Virus record (IMG/VR): IMGVR_UViG_3300042520_001372
Length of the DNA stretch: 64,000 nt
Strand: one strand, 5' to 3'
Source of the DNA: a virus
Positions 36,642 to 45,243 of the stretch are shown one piece after another. The stretch's first letter is position 1; every line of letters starts with the position of its first letter. Under the pieces are notes generated by a model. It had not been told where the DNA came from. It ran no database searches and saw only the letters and a list, made by a program, of their open reading frames with translations. Position numbers and translations under genes: made by a program.

Positions 36642-36852
36642 CGATCTCCTGTTTAAGTCTTTCTAAGTATAGAATACCGTCCATGAGTTCTTCTTGGGCG
36701 TGGTTGATCCATTCTACTTTACTTAGATCTTTTCTATCGAGAGTGTTGCTGTATTTCTTAAAGCCCATCTCGGCTCTATCAACAAACTTATTTAAGATAG
36801 AATCAACAATAGAATCAGGAATGAAGTTAGTATAATTAATCTTTCTGCTCAT
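36616..36852 (-). CDS. small all-alpha NTP pyrophosphohydrolase-like (MazG-like) protein
   Basis: R...G..KY...L.R.D....W..HAQEELMD..LY (EExxD). Confidence 0.55.
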   Translation of the reverse strand: MSRKINYTNFIPDSIVDSILNKFVDRAEMGFKKYSNTLDRKDLSKVEWINHAQEELMDGILYLERLKQEIDDQVTESN

Positions 36853-37081
36853 CAGCGTATTCCTCTCTTAAGTCTTTAGGTAAAGTATCTAATAGGATCT
36901 TTCCTGTCTTAACGTCGTAGAATACTGGGATGGGCATTACTGCATCTTCGTCAGTACCTGCAACAAAGCGAGAGATTTTCCTTAGGATCATTCCTTCGGC
37001 AAAAACGTGGTTACCTTCTGGTGATAATACCGGCTGGGTATTTTTAAGGTCGATGTTGAGTTTTAAGTCTTGTTGTTTCAT
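36836..37081 (-). CDS. conserved phage hypothetical protein
   Basis: F..G..LRK.S.F..GT..D...PIPVF. Confidence 0.75.
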   Translation of the reverse strand: MKQQDLKLNIDLKNTQPVLSPEGNHVFAEGMILRKISRFVAGTDEDAVMPIPVFYDVKTGKILLDTLPKDLREEYADEQKD

Positions 37082-37344
37082 AATTCGTAATCTCCGTAAA
37101 TGGAATATTGTTTTGGTTGTTCTTCTGGTATTTCTACTTCACTAGTTCTAATTGCAAATAATTTACCCTGGATTGGTTCCAGACGGTAGGCTAAAGGCTT
37201 TGAGGTTGCTTTCTGGTAATAAGCTTCTAAAGCATCAGTTATGCTCTTCCTGATCTCCATCTCCCCCTCCAAGGTCCATCTGTCCCCCGGCGGTGTTCTC
37301 TGTGCTATCAACTGTAAGCTCTCCTTGATTTCTGTCTTGTTCAT
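37078..37344 (-). CDS. hypothetical protein
   Basis: A.R.PPGDRW motif; in operon. Confidence 0.7.
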   Translation of the reverse strand: MNKTEIKESLQLIAQRTPPGDRWTLEGEMEIRKSITDALEAYYQKATSKPLAYRLEPIQGKLFAIRTSEVEIPEEQPKQYSIYGDYEL

Positions 37345-37543
37345 CTTCTAATGGTTCAACTGTTTGTACTTCATTAACAAAGAAGTATTCGTCTCCGTGT
37401 TTGAATACTTTCTCGGCATGCCATGCCTCTTTTATTTCATTGGCTGATTCGGTAGGGAGAACAGCTCCAGGTCGAAGCTTTAAGATCCTAACAACCTCAT
37501 ACATGTTATCCTGTATAAGAACTATTCTCCCCTTGCCAACCAT
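37235..37543 (-). CDS. hypothetical protein
   Basis: Coupled to the groEL stop; C-terminus overlaps the next gene. Confidence 0.6.
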   Translation of the reverse strand: MVGKGRIVLIQDNMYEVVRILKLRPGAVLPTESANEIKEAWHAEKVFKHGDEYFFVNEVQTVEPLEDEQDRNQGELTVDSTENTAGGQMDLGGGDGDQEEHN

Positions 37544-39171
37544 TACCCTAGCATTAATTGATTAGACGCATCGTCCATGCTGTTAGAACCGTTCTCTGTA
37601 AGTTCATCTGCAACTACACATTCAGTCAATAGGATTGTTCCTGCTACTGATGCTGCATTCTCTAGAGCCGTTCTAGTTACTTTAAATGGATCAATGATAC
37701 CAGCATCTTTTAAATTAGTAACATTCTCTTCTGTAAGATTCCAACCTGTCCACTTATCGGAATTCGCGCAAATTTGCCCGCTAATATCAGATATTTGTTG
37801 GTACTCATAACCAGCATTAGTTAGAATTTTATAGAATGGCATTGTACATGCCATGTATATAATTTGATATCCGGTACTTGTCTCACTGGCAGTCCAGCTA
37901 GGCATACTTCGTAGTAAAGCAATTCCGCCGCCAGGAACAATTCCTTCAGCAATAGCAGCTCTTGTAGCATGTAAAGCATCCTCTACTCGGTCCTTCTTCT
38001 CTTTCATTTCAAGTTCTGAATTACCTCCAACGTGAATGATTGATACCCCGCCTGTAAATTTAGCTAAACGCTCCTGAAGCTTCTCCATCTCAAAAGGACT
38101 CTTTGCATTATCGATCTGAGCTTTCAAGTCTTCAATACGAGAAGTAATAGCTTCTACTTCACCTTTACCGTCGATGATAGTAGTAGATTCTTTCTGGATA
38201 TTAGCCTTGCGTGCTTCACCTAACCATGCTTTATCTACCCGGCTTAACTTCATTCCTTTCTCAGGAGAGATTACTTGACCGCCTGTCAAGACTGCAATGT
38301 CTTCCATGATAAGCTTTCTTCTATCTCCGAAGTCAGGAGCTTTAACTGCACATACTTTAATAGTACCTCTCATCTTATTTACAATCAAGGTAGCCAAAGC
38401 TTCATTATCAATATCTTCGCAGATGATCAACAACGATTTATTATCAGATGAAACTGATTCGAGGATAGGAAGTAAGTCCTTAGCCTGTGAAAGCTTCCCA
38501 TCATAAATTAAAACTAAGGGATTGTCTAACACTGAAGACATAGTTGCATTATCAGTAACGAAGTGAGGTGATTTAAATCCTCGATCGAACTGAATACCTT
38601 CAACTGTCTCTAAGTAGGTATCACCCGTCCTAGATTCTTCAATAGTAACAATCCCGTCTCTGCCTACTGCAGCTAATGCTGAAGTGATTAGAGAACCTAC
38701 CTCAGGGTCGTTGTTTGCAGACACAGAAGCGATCTGGTCTAACTGCCCCTCTGAAGTAATATCTTCAGCGATATTTTCTTTGATGTAAGCAATTACTTCT
38801 TTAACTGCTTTATCGATATCGCGTTTAATTTGTACTGCATTACCTCCGTTATCTAAGGCTTTTAATCCTTGATTGGTAATGAATTGAGCAAGTAGGGTTG
38901 CTGTAGTAGTTCCATCACCAGCAATGTTTGCTGTCTTGATAGCTGCTTGTTTAAGCATATCAACGGCGATTGAATGTACTGGGTCTTTCAAAGAGATAAT
39001 CTTTGCAACCGTAACTCCGTCCTTGGTAGAACGAACTTCACCTGTCTCATTTCTATAAACAACATTCCGGCCGTTAGGTCCTAAAGTTGCTGTAACTGCA
39101 TTTGCAATCTTATCAATTCCTTCTGATAATTTCTTGCGTGCTTGGTTTGAATATTCTATCTGTTTGCTCAT
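37543..39171 (-). CDS. groEL: chaperonin GroEL
   Basis: TLGPNGRNV, TKDGVTVAK, AGDGTTTAT, KAPDFGDRRK, GIVPGGG, IIDP.KVTR. Confidence 0.97.
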   Translation of the reverse strand: MSKQIEYSNQARKKLSEGIDKIANAVTATLGPNGRNVVYRNETGEVRSTKDGVTVAKIISLKDPVHSIAVDMLKQAAIKTANIAGDGTTTATLLAQFITNQGLKALDNGGNAVQIKRDIDKAVKEVIAYIKENIAEDITSEGQLDQIASVSANNDPEVGSLITSALAAVGRDGIVTIEESRTGDTYLETVEGIQFDRGFKSPHFVTDNATMSSVLDNPLVLIYDGKLSQAKDLLPILESVSSDNKSLLIICEDIDNEALATLIVNKMRGTIKVCAVKAPDFGDRRKLIMEDIAVLTGGQVISPEKGMKLSRVDKAWLGEARKANIQKESTTIIDGKGEVEAITSRIEDLKAQIDNAKSPFEMEKLQERLAKFTGGVSIIHVGGNSELEMKEKKDRVEDALHATRAAIAEGIVPGGGIALLRSMPSWTASETSTGYQIIYMACTMPFYKILTNAGYEYQQISDISGQICANSDKWTGWNLTEENVTNLKDAGIIDPFKVTRTALENAASVAGTILLTECVVADELTENGSNSMDDASNQLMLG

Positions 39172-39174
39172 AAC

Positions 39175-39486
39175 TTAAAAAGGTACTGATGTAAAATCGT
39201 CTTCGATGATAGCTAAGATTTGATTCTCTGGACCGATGTAGTAATCTTCTCCTTTGAATTCGAACTTAGTAAAGCCCATCGTTGGTAGAACGGCAATATC
39301 ACCGAACTTGGCTGTAGTCTTTACGAAACCAACTCCTGGGATTGTTATTCCGTCTCCGACAGATATTACCTGGCCGATCTTATTCTTTTCATTTCCTAAA
39401 TCTGGAACGATGATGTTCCCGTGTAACTCTTCCTCCAACTCGTAAGGCTTAAGGATAACTGCGTTATAAATTGCTTTTAATTTCAT
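39175..39486 (-). CDS. groES: co-chaperonin GroES
   Basis: GNIIVPD, G.VISVG.G, GD.., E..ILAI; adjacent to groEL. Confidence 0.92.
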   Translation of the reverse strand: MKLKAIYNAVILKPYELEEELHGNIIVPDLGNEKNKIGQVISVGDGITIPGVGFVKTTAKFGDIAVLPTMGFTKFEFKGEDYYIGPENQILAIIEDDFTSVPF

Positions 39487-39770
39487 TTTATTGTTATTTG
39501 TTTTAGTTCTTGTAAACGTGTTTTATGACCGGAGATAAATTTCTGCAGGGAATCATAATCTTTATTCTTAATTGAATCTTCTGCAATCACATCTAAACAT
39601 CTTTCTAGATCAGAATAGTAACCAATCGTTTGATCTCTCTCTCTTCCGGAAGTTCCGGCAATAATTTTCTTAATAGCTGTGTAGCAATACTGATCGTATT
39701 GAATGTAATAGGGTTCTAATAACGGATCGGTAATCGTGTAAATACTCGAGTTTTTCTCTTTTTTATCCAT
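39483..39770 (-). CDS. hypothetical protein
   Basis: I.DP.LEPY.I..D.YCYT...GYY. Confidence 0.7.
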   Translation of the reverse strand: MDKKEKNSSIYTITDPLLEPYYIQYDQYCYTAIKKIIAGTSGRERDQTIGYYSDLERCLDVIAEDSIKNKDYDSLQKFISGHKTRLQELKQITIK

Positions 39771-39827
39771 AACTTTACTTTTAATATACGAACTTTTATT
39801 TAAATTGCAACTTGTTTATTATAAATA

Positions 39828-40160
39828 TTAAATACCAAAACTTTCACCGCAGCCGCAAGTCCTGCTTGCGTTTGGGTTAGTGAATAGGAATCCTTTGCCG
39901 TTTAGGCCTTCAGTAAAGTCTAATTCGGTTCCTAATAAATACAGTAGAGATCTTTTATCAATAACTAATTTTAAACCTTGATCTTCTGATATTTCATCAA
40001 AAGGAACTATCGTATCATCAAAGTCTAAATCATAAGTTAGACCAGAACAACCTCCACCTTTCACCGATACTCTTAAAAAATGATCTTCGGTGCATTGTTC
40101 CTCCACCATCAGTTTGTCTAATTGGGATTTGGCTTTCGTGGTCAAAGTGAATATTTTCAT
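39828..40160 (-). CDS. iscA: IscA/HesB Fe-S cluster carrier
   Basis: GGGCSG..Y, G..LDF, NPNA..TCGCGESF. Confidence 0.93.
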   Translation of the reverse strand: MKIFTLTTKAKSQLDKLMVEEQCTEDHFLRVSVKGGGCSGLTYDLDFDDTIVPFDEISEDQGLKLVIDKRSLLYLLGTELDFTEGLNGKGFLFTNPNASRTCGCGESFGI

Positions 40161-40317
40161 TTCCTATGGTATGTTTTGGTTTGTATGGACAATTTAAGCA
40201 TTTATTTCCGCAACACCTACCTAATTTAAGTAAAGTTTCTGCTGATAATGGGAGTGGTTTTCGTTTTAAGCTGTACCAATCATCATCATCTAATCGTTCA
40301 AGTGTTGTTTTATCCAT
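40030..40317 (-). CDS. DUF5522-like Cys-rich protein
   Basis: L.LGRCCGNKCLNCPY. Confidence 0.65.
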   Translation of the reverse strand: MDKTTLERLDDDDWYSLKRKPLPLSAETLLKLGRCCGNKCLNCPYKPKHTIGNENIHFDHESQIPIRQTDGGGTMHRRSFFKSIGERWRLFWSNL

Positions 40318-40361
40318 TTAGATGTTTATTCTAATAATCGATTATTTTATATAAATATTGC

Positions 40362-42698
40362 TTAGTGACCATCCCTAAAATTCTTTGCTATTTCCGGTGG
40401 TGCCTTTAAGGTTACCCCTGGTAGCTGGGTAGTGGTTTCCATAACATGCTTAACTACTTCAGCTGCTTCATGAACTAAGTCTTCTCTAATCTTAATGATC
40501 AATTGGTCATGAATCTGGGCAATAACGATACCGTCCCAGTCTCTTCTCTTAAACTCCCTATTAATGGCTAAAGCTGCTCGATTAACCACTGATGCTGCTA
40601 AAGATTGAATTTGAAAGTTTAAGCAGTTATTCAAAGCATTCTTATAATCTCCGTAGAGTCTCTTTACATTATCTCCTCCAATCTCTTTAGTAAGATCATT
40701 TCTAAACTTCCAATCCATAATCCTTTCTCCAAAAGAATCATAAACCGCTTTACCTCTATCAAGGTGTCGGATTCGACCTACTTGGTTTTTAATAAAGCCA
40801 TCTCTTTTAAACAATGCTCTTGAATTGTCAATCCATTCAGCAACTCCCGGGAACCCTTTCATATAACCTTCGTGAAGCCTCTTTCCTTCTTCTTGAGGTA
40901 CTCCTAAGGACATTGCAAGTGCGTAAGGAGACATTCCGTAAGCAACTCCTAACGAATAACCCTTTGCTTGATTTCGTTTAGGTGCATCAAGCTTCTTAAG
41001 GAAGTTAGGAGCCTTTTTATCAGCTGATACTCCGTCGGGGTACTTATCTCTTTGTTCGTCAAGCTTTTCGGTTCGGATAGCAACCGTTGAATAGAAATCA
41101 TGACCTTGACTAAAGATCTCTTGCATGGCTTCGTCATTAGATATGGAAGCGAAAATGTGAGGCTCTAAAGACTCGAAGTCATTATCAATCAACAAGTAAC
41201 CAGGGTCTGTTGTAAAGAATGCTCTGATCTCGTTATTGTATTTAACGATGATTGGATCTGCTTCTCCATCTTCTTTAGGCTTAGGTAACTGCTGAAGGTC
41301 AGATCCGTATCTGCCTGACACAGTTCCGTTCTGTTTAAAATAAGGGAAGAAACGTCCATCCTCTGCTTGATCGTAAAATCGATCCACGTAGGTTGACTTA
41401 ATCTTTAGGAGCTTATTATAGATACGTAAGTTCCTACACCATTCGTATTTGTCTGATAAAGCTTGAATCATATCATCATCGAATTGAGCTTGGCCTTTAG
41501 TCGTTTTAGATAACGGCTTCTCTTTCAAGTAGTTAAAAGCGATATCACCTAACTGCTTCTTTGATTGAATATTTAACCACTCCCCGTCGTTAAAGTCTTT
41601 CCAAAGCTTCATAGAAACTTTAGTAACAACTTCTTCAGTTAAGCAATCTAAATCTCCAGAAAGCAAATAATCTTTTACCGGACTATCCTCTAGTATAAGG
41701 ATGTTAGCCTGCTTTAAAGAATAGTTTCTCGAGTTTTTAGGTATAGGGAGCTTATACATATCAACCAACGTACAAGCCCAAGTTCCTTTATGACCTGGAG
41801 GGAATTCAGTTAATGCTGAATCGATAATCCATTCTTTAACTTTTTGTAGCTTAAGTAGTTCTTCAATTACTGCCCGGCGATACTTCTCCTGGTCAGTTAA
41901 GATAGCATCTCTAGTTTGTTCTATCAAAGGTATATCAAGGGCTATCCCTTCGATTTCCATTGGTATAGTAACCTCTCTATAAAGGGGCATTACTTCGTCT
42001 TCAAAGAAGAACTTAGTTAGTCCTTCATGCTCGAGAACCGGTAGAAAGTGATTACAAATACGCAAAGTAAGATCCGTATCCGCAGCAGCATATTCACTCA
42101 ACAGGTTAATATCTGCTTTGTAAATCTCAAAGTTATCTTTAGTAACTGAACCGCCATTCTCCTTAATTGAGTTCTTAAGGTTGATCTGTTCTTGGTTAGC
42201 TGCTTCTTCAACATTCAAACCGATCTTATCTTGAATCATAATGGCGATTGATTTTAGTCCGAAAGGACTTGCTCCATACCCGAATGCTCCTTCTTCTTTT
42301 ACCGTGTGAACTAGTAAAGCAGTATCAACCCAAAGTGAAGGTAGCAAGTTGACTTTGTAGAAGTTATCTGTATAACGGCAGTCAAAAGAAGCATTATGCA
42401 TAACAAGTTTCTTTCCAACCAGCATCGAAATAATCTTCTTTGCTATTCGATGACAGCCAATGCTTTCAATCTGACACTCGTCAAGAGTTTGAGTTTCGTT
42501 ATTCCAAAACATAGTCGGCATATAAAAGCCCATTCCTTCTTCACCCGAAACAGAAAAACCAATAATCCTTCCTTTGCGAGTATTTAAAGAGTCTGTTTCT
42601 GTATCATAAGCAAGAATCTCTTTCTCGTTAATATGCTGGATAAGGAGATCAACTAGCTCTTTGCTATTGACAAGGTAATACTTTTTTTCGACAACCAT
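40362..42698 (-). CDS. polA: family A DNA polymerase with 3'-5' exonuclease
   Basis: Exo DTET, HNASFD, YAAAD; pol GTVSGR, DFESLE, R..AK...LG..YG, IHDQL. Confidence 0.95.
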   Translation of the reverse strand: MVVEKKYYLVNSKELVDLLIQHINEKEILAYDTETDSLNTRKGRIIGFSVSGEEGMGFYMPTMFWNNETQTLDECQIESIGCHRIAKKIISMLVGKKLVMHNASFDCRYTDNFYKVNLLPSLWVDTALLVHTVKEEGAFGYGASPFGLKSIAIMIQDKIGLNVEEAANQEQINLKNSIKENGGSVTKDNFEIYKADINLLSEYAAADTDLTLRICNHFLPVLEHEGLTKFFFEDEVMPLYREVTIPMEIEGIALDIPLIEQTRDAILTDQEKYRRAVIEELLKLQKVKEWIIDSALTEFPPGHKGTWACTLVDMYKLPIPKNSRNYSLKQANILILEDSPVKDYLLSGDLDCLTEEVVTKVSMKLWKDFNDGEWLNIQSKKQLGDIAFNYLKEKPLSKTTKGQAQFDDDMIQALSDKYEWCRNLRIYNKLLKIKSTYVDRFYDQAEDGRFFPYFKQNGTVSGRYGSDLQQLPKPKEDGEADPIIVKYNNEIRAFFTTDPGYLLIDNDFESLEPHIFASISNDEAMQEIFSQGHDFYSTVAIRTEKLDEQRDKYPDGVSADKKAPNFLKKLDAPKRNQAKGYSLGVAYGMSPYALAMSLGVPQEEGKRLHEGYMKGFPGVAEWIDNSRALFKRDGFIKNQVGRIRHLDRGKAVYDSFGERIMDWKFRNDLTKEIGGDNVKRLYGDYKNALNNCLNFQIQSLAASVVNRAALAINREFKRRDWDGIVIAQIHDQLIIKIREDLVHEAAEVVKHVMETTTQLPGVTLKAPPEIAKNFRDGH

Positions 42699-42700
42699 TA

Positions 42701-42741
42701 CTTAAATATATGAAAAAAGCCCTTGGGTTGCAAGGGCTCTT
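42701..42741 (-). promoter_or_regulatory. terminator hairpin fused to promoter upstream of DNA polymerase
   Basis: AGCCCTTG-CAACC-CAAGGGCT-TTTTT then TTCATATATTTAAG. Confidence 0.7.
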
Positions 42742-42763
42742 AAAAGTTTATTTTTTGGTTTGC

Positions 42764-43612
42764 TTAGATTAGAGCATTCCCTATGTGAGTCATAATATCT
42801 TGTCTAGCACCGTCAACCATTCCTGGCTCTGTCATTGACCCTGCTTTCCATACATTCCAAGCTTTCTCTACCATCTTAACACCGTCTTCGAAGTCAGAAC
42901 CTAGTACATCAATATACCCACCGATCATTTCTTCCTTAATAGTTTGCTTTTCAGCCCATGCAGCAACAATTTTTTCTGCTTCAGCAAGTACACCGTCTTC
43001 ACCATCTACCCTAGTTATAAGTTTTTCAATATACGCCTGAGCTGCTTTCTTTGAAACTACTCCGGATAGAAACTCGTCAGCTTGTCTATTTTCGCCTAGT
43101 TCATCAGCAAGCATCATAATCATACCCATCTGTTCAAAGCTTATAGCGTGAGCTGGTCTGTTTAAGATCTCAGCTGATTTGCTAGATGCTTCATTTATAG
43201 GGCTATCCTCTGGCATTTCTTCAATATAATCTATATCGCTTTCTTGGAAATCCCAGTCACCGCCACCAGCTTCTGTGCCGACAACGCTGCCGCCGTAAGT
43301 CTTACCTGTTGTAGGTGAATAACCATGTACAGTTAAGTCAGCACTATAATTGTCATAGTAGTCTAATACGTCTGCAACTTCCCATTTAATATCGGTAGGA
43401 ATATTACTACCCTCCTTCATTGGAACTGCTCCAGGAACTACAGAAGGTCCGCTACGGAGATCCATTTCTTTTTCTTCTTTTTCGTATTTATTGATAGCAG
43501 CCATTGCAGCAGCATCTTTCTCCTCTTCGGGAGTCATTACACCAGAATTTGTCTTTGGAGCTACTTCACGCATTGATCTTTTAATAAGTTCTTTTATTAC
43601 TGAACGTTTCAT
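42764..43612 (-). CDS. acidic modular protein, candidate internal head protein
   Basis: TATTTAT motif 5 nt upstream; N-terminal MK.S.IKELI....RE; repeated hydrophobic-x-E sites. Confidence 0.6.
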   Translation of the reverse strand: MKRSVIKELIKRSMREVAPKTNSGVMTPEEEKDAAAMAAINKYEKEEKEMDLRSGPSVVPGAVPMKEGSNIPTDIKWEVADVLDYYDNYSADLTVHGYSPTTGKTYGGSVVGTEAGGGDWDFQESDIDYIEEMPEDSPINEASSKSAEILNRPAHAISFEQMGMIMMLADELGENRQADEFLSGVVSKKAAQAYIEKLITRVDGEDGVLAEAEKIVAAWAEKQTIKEEMIGGYIDVLGSDFEDGVKMVEKAWNVWKAGSMTEPGMVDGARQDIMTHIGNALI

Positions 43613-43626
43613 ATCTTATAAATAGG

Positions 43627-44148
43627 TTATTTTTTCTGTTCCCAAGCATTAGTACCGCCTTGCCACTGACCGTCGTAGAGTTCGTCTACAGGAGCATTCT
43701 CATGGAAGAACATTTGAGCTGCTCTAGCATTCTTTTCTAAGATTAAGAATACGCTAACAATCATCACCGTACCCATTTTCTCTGTTTCATATCCTGAATC
43801 CCAAACGGGAGAAACAATCGAAGTTCCTGTCCTGTACAGAGAAGATCTATGAAGAACAAACCCAGTTGCATTGTCAGGAATCTTACATCCTTCGTTGAAG
43901 GTGATTGCGTAACTTCCTTTGTCTAATCTCCAGCATTCCTTGCCGTCAATCTTAACGGTATCAACTTCCATGAAGTTTAAAGGATCTATAATAGTTAAGT
44001 CCTTGTAAACTACTGAACCTGCTAAAATGCGTTCAACTTTACATACTGAAAGGTCAATTCCAACCTGGGTTGGTTTTGAGTACTGCGAAGGAATTACAAT
44101 CCCTCTCTCTAATATTTCTTTGCTTGTTAGTAACATATTATTCTTCAA
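43627..44148 (-). CDS. dUTPase/dCTP deaminase family protein
   Basis: GIDL, HRSSL.R, V.DSGY, R.AQ, Y.GQWQ. Confidence 0.85.
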   Translation of the reverse strand: MKNNMLLTSKEILERGIVIPSQYSKPTQVGIDLSVCKVERILAGSVVYKDLTIIDPLNFMEVDTVKIDGKECWRLDKGSYAITFNEGCKIPDNATGFVLHRSSLYRTGTSIVSPVWDSGYETEKMGTVMIVSVFLILEKNARAAQMFFHENAPVDELYDGQWQGGTNAWEQKK

Positions 44149-44647
44149 TTATTTCTCCGGTGATAAAAGGCTGGTTTCGCTTAGTTCCGTTAGTTGCATC
44201 AAGGCCGTAACCTACCAACCATGCTTCATTATTTAATTCAAATCCGTAGATAAGATCCTCCATATAGGAATAGCTTCTTTTAAATAAAGTAACCGGAGTA
44301 ATTGACTTAGCTCCCTTAGTTTGAAGATGGGCTATCAAGCGTTTCATAGTGTTACCCGAATCGTAGATGTCGTCAACTATAAAGACGTCCTTATCTTTTA
44401 AATCAATTGAGACATCCTTCAGAATATCTACCCGGTCTTGAACTTGCCCTAAGTATGATTTTGCTTGCATAAAGTCGATTTCACAATCAACCTCCATGTT
44501 ACGAACCAGGTCTGCGAAGAACATAAATGCTCCGTTTAGAACTCCGATCATAACCCTTGATGAATTCTCAGGATTGTTTTTGTAGCTTACCTCAAGGGCA
44601 AGACTTTTTACTCTTGTTTGAATTTCCTCTTCTGTGAATAGAACCAT
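44138..44647 (-). CDS. hpt: hypoxanthine/guanine phosphoribosyltransferase-like
   Basis: VLNGAFMFFADL, SY, IVDDIYDSG.T, VGYGLD...RN. Confidence 0.9.
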   Translation of the reverse strand: MVLFTEEEIQTRVKSLALEVSYKNNPENSSRVMIGVLNGAFMFFADLVRNMEVDCEIDFMQAKSYLGQVQDRVDILKDVSIDLKDKDVFIVDDIYDSGNTMKRLIAHLQTKGAKSITPVTLFKRSYSYMEDLIYGFELNNEAWLVGYGLDATNGTKRNQPFITGEIIEE

Positions 44648-44652
44648 ATAAC

Positions 44653-45228
44653 TTATTTAATTTTGTACTGCGTATAACTACTTAATGTTGGAACTGTATT
44701 GGAAAAATAATAAACTTCTGTCGTATTTGCAACTTTAATTGTCTTAAAAAATCCATCCGGAATAGTTGCACCGGTTGGTAGCTTCTGAGATCTTGGAGAG
44801 TAAACCATTCTGATCTCAACAAACACTTTACCTTGTTTAGCTAATTCCCTTTCTCTAACCTCTAACATTCTCCAGACTCCTCTGTTTAGTCTTTCATGCT
44901 GTAGTACGCAGTTCACATAGGAGAAAGTCTTAAGGAGCATTTCTCTTGTGCAATTAAAATCAGCAGCAGGAGCACAATGACCTTTGTCCCAAACATTAGC
45001 AACATAGTCGTTAGCATCTGAGGTTACGATGCCAGGAACGGTATAAAAATCCATGCCTGTTCTAGCAGCGGTGCCGGCAGTGCATTGAACTGTGTACCAT
45101 ACTCGTTTAGGTTGTTGAAGAACCTCGGAATAAACTGCTTCATAAATGTCTGTTTTAATATAGATTGAATCTCTTAACTGTGCTAATAATGATAACGGAA
45201 GTAAAAATAAAACTATAATGAATCTCAT
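44653..45228 (-). CDS. secreted DNA/RNA non-specific endonuclease (NucA-like)
   Basis: Signal peptide; P..V.Y, DKGH.AP..D, TF...N...Q...LNRG.W..LE, IP..F.K. Confidence 0.9.
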   Translation of the reverse strand: MRFIIVLFLLPLSLLAQLRDSIYIKTDIYEAVYSEVLQQPKRVWYTVQCTAGTAARTGMDFYTVPGIVTSDANDYVANVWDKGHCAPAADFNCTREMLLKTFSYVNCVLQHERLNRGVWRMLEVRERELAKQGKVFVEIRMVYSPRSQKLPTGATIPDGFFKTIKVANTTEVYYFSNTVPTLSSYTQYKIK

Positions 45229-45243
45229 ATTAATAAATATGGA

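Noticed and set aside
36616-42698. Z-genome (2-aminoadenine) system
   Set aside because: No PurZ or DatZ homologue is visible in the window
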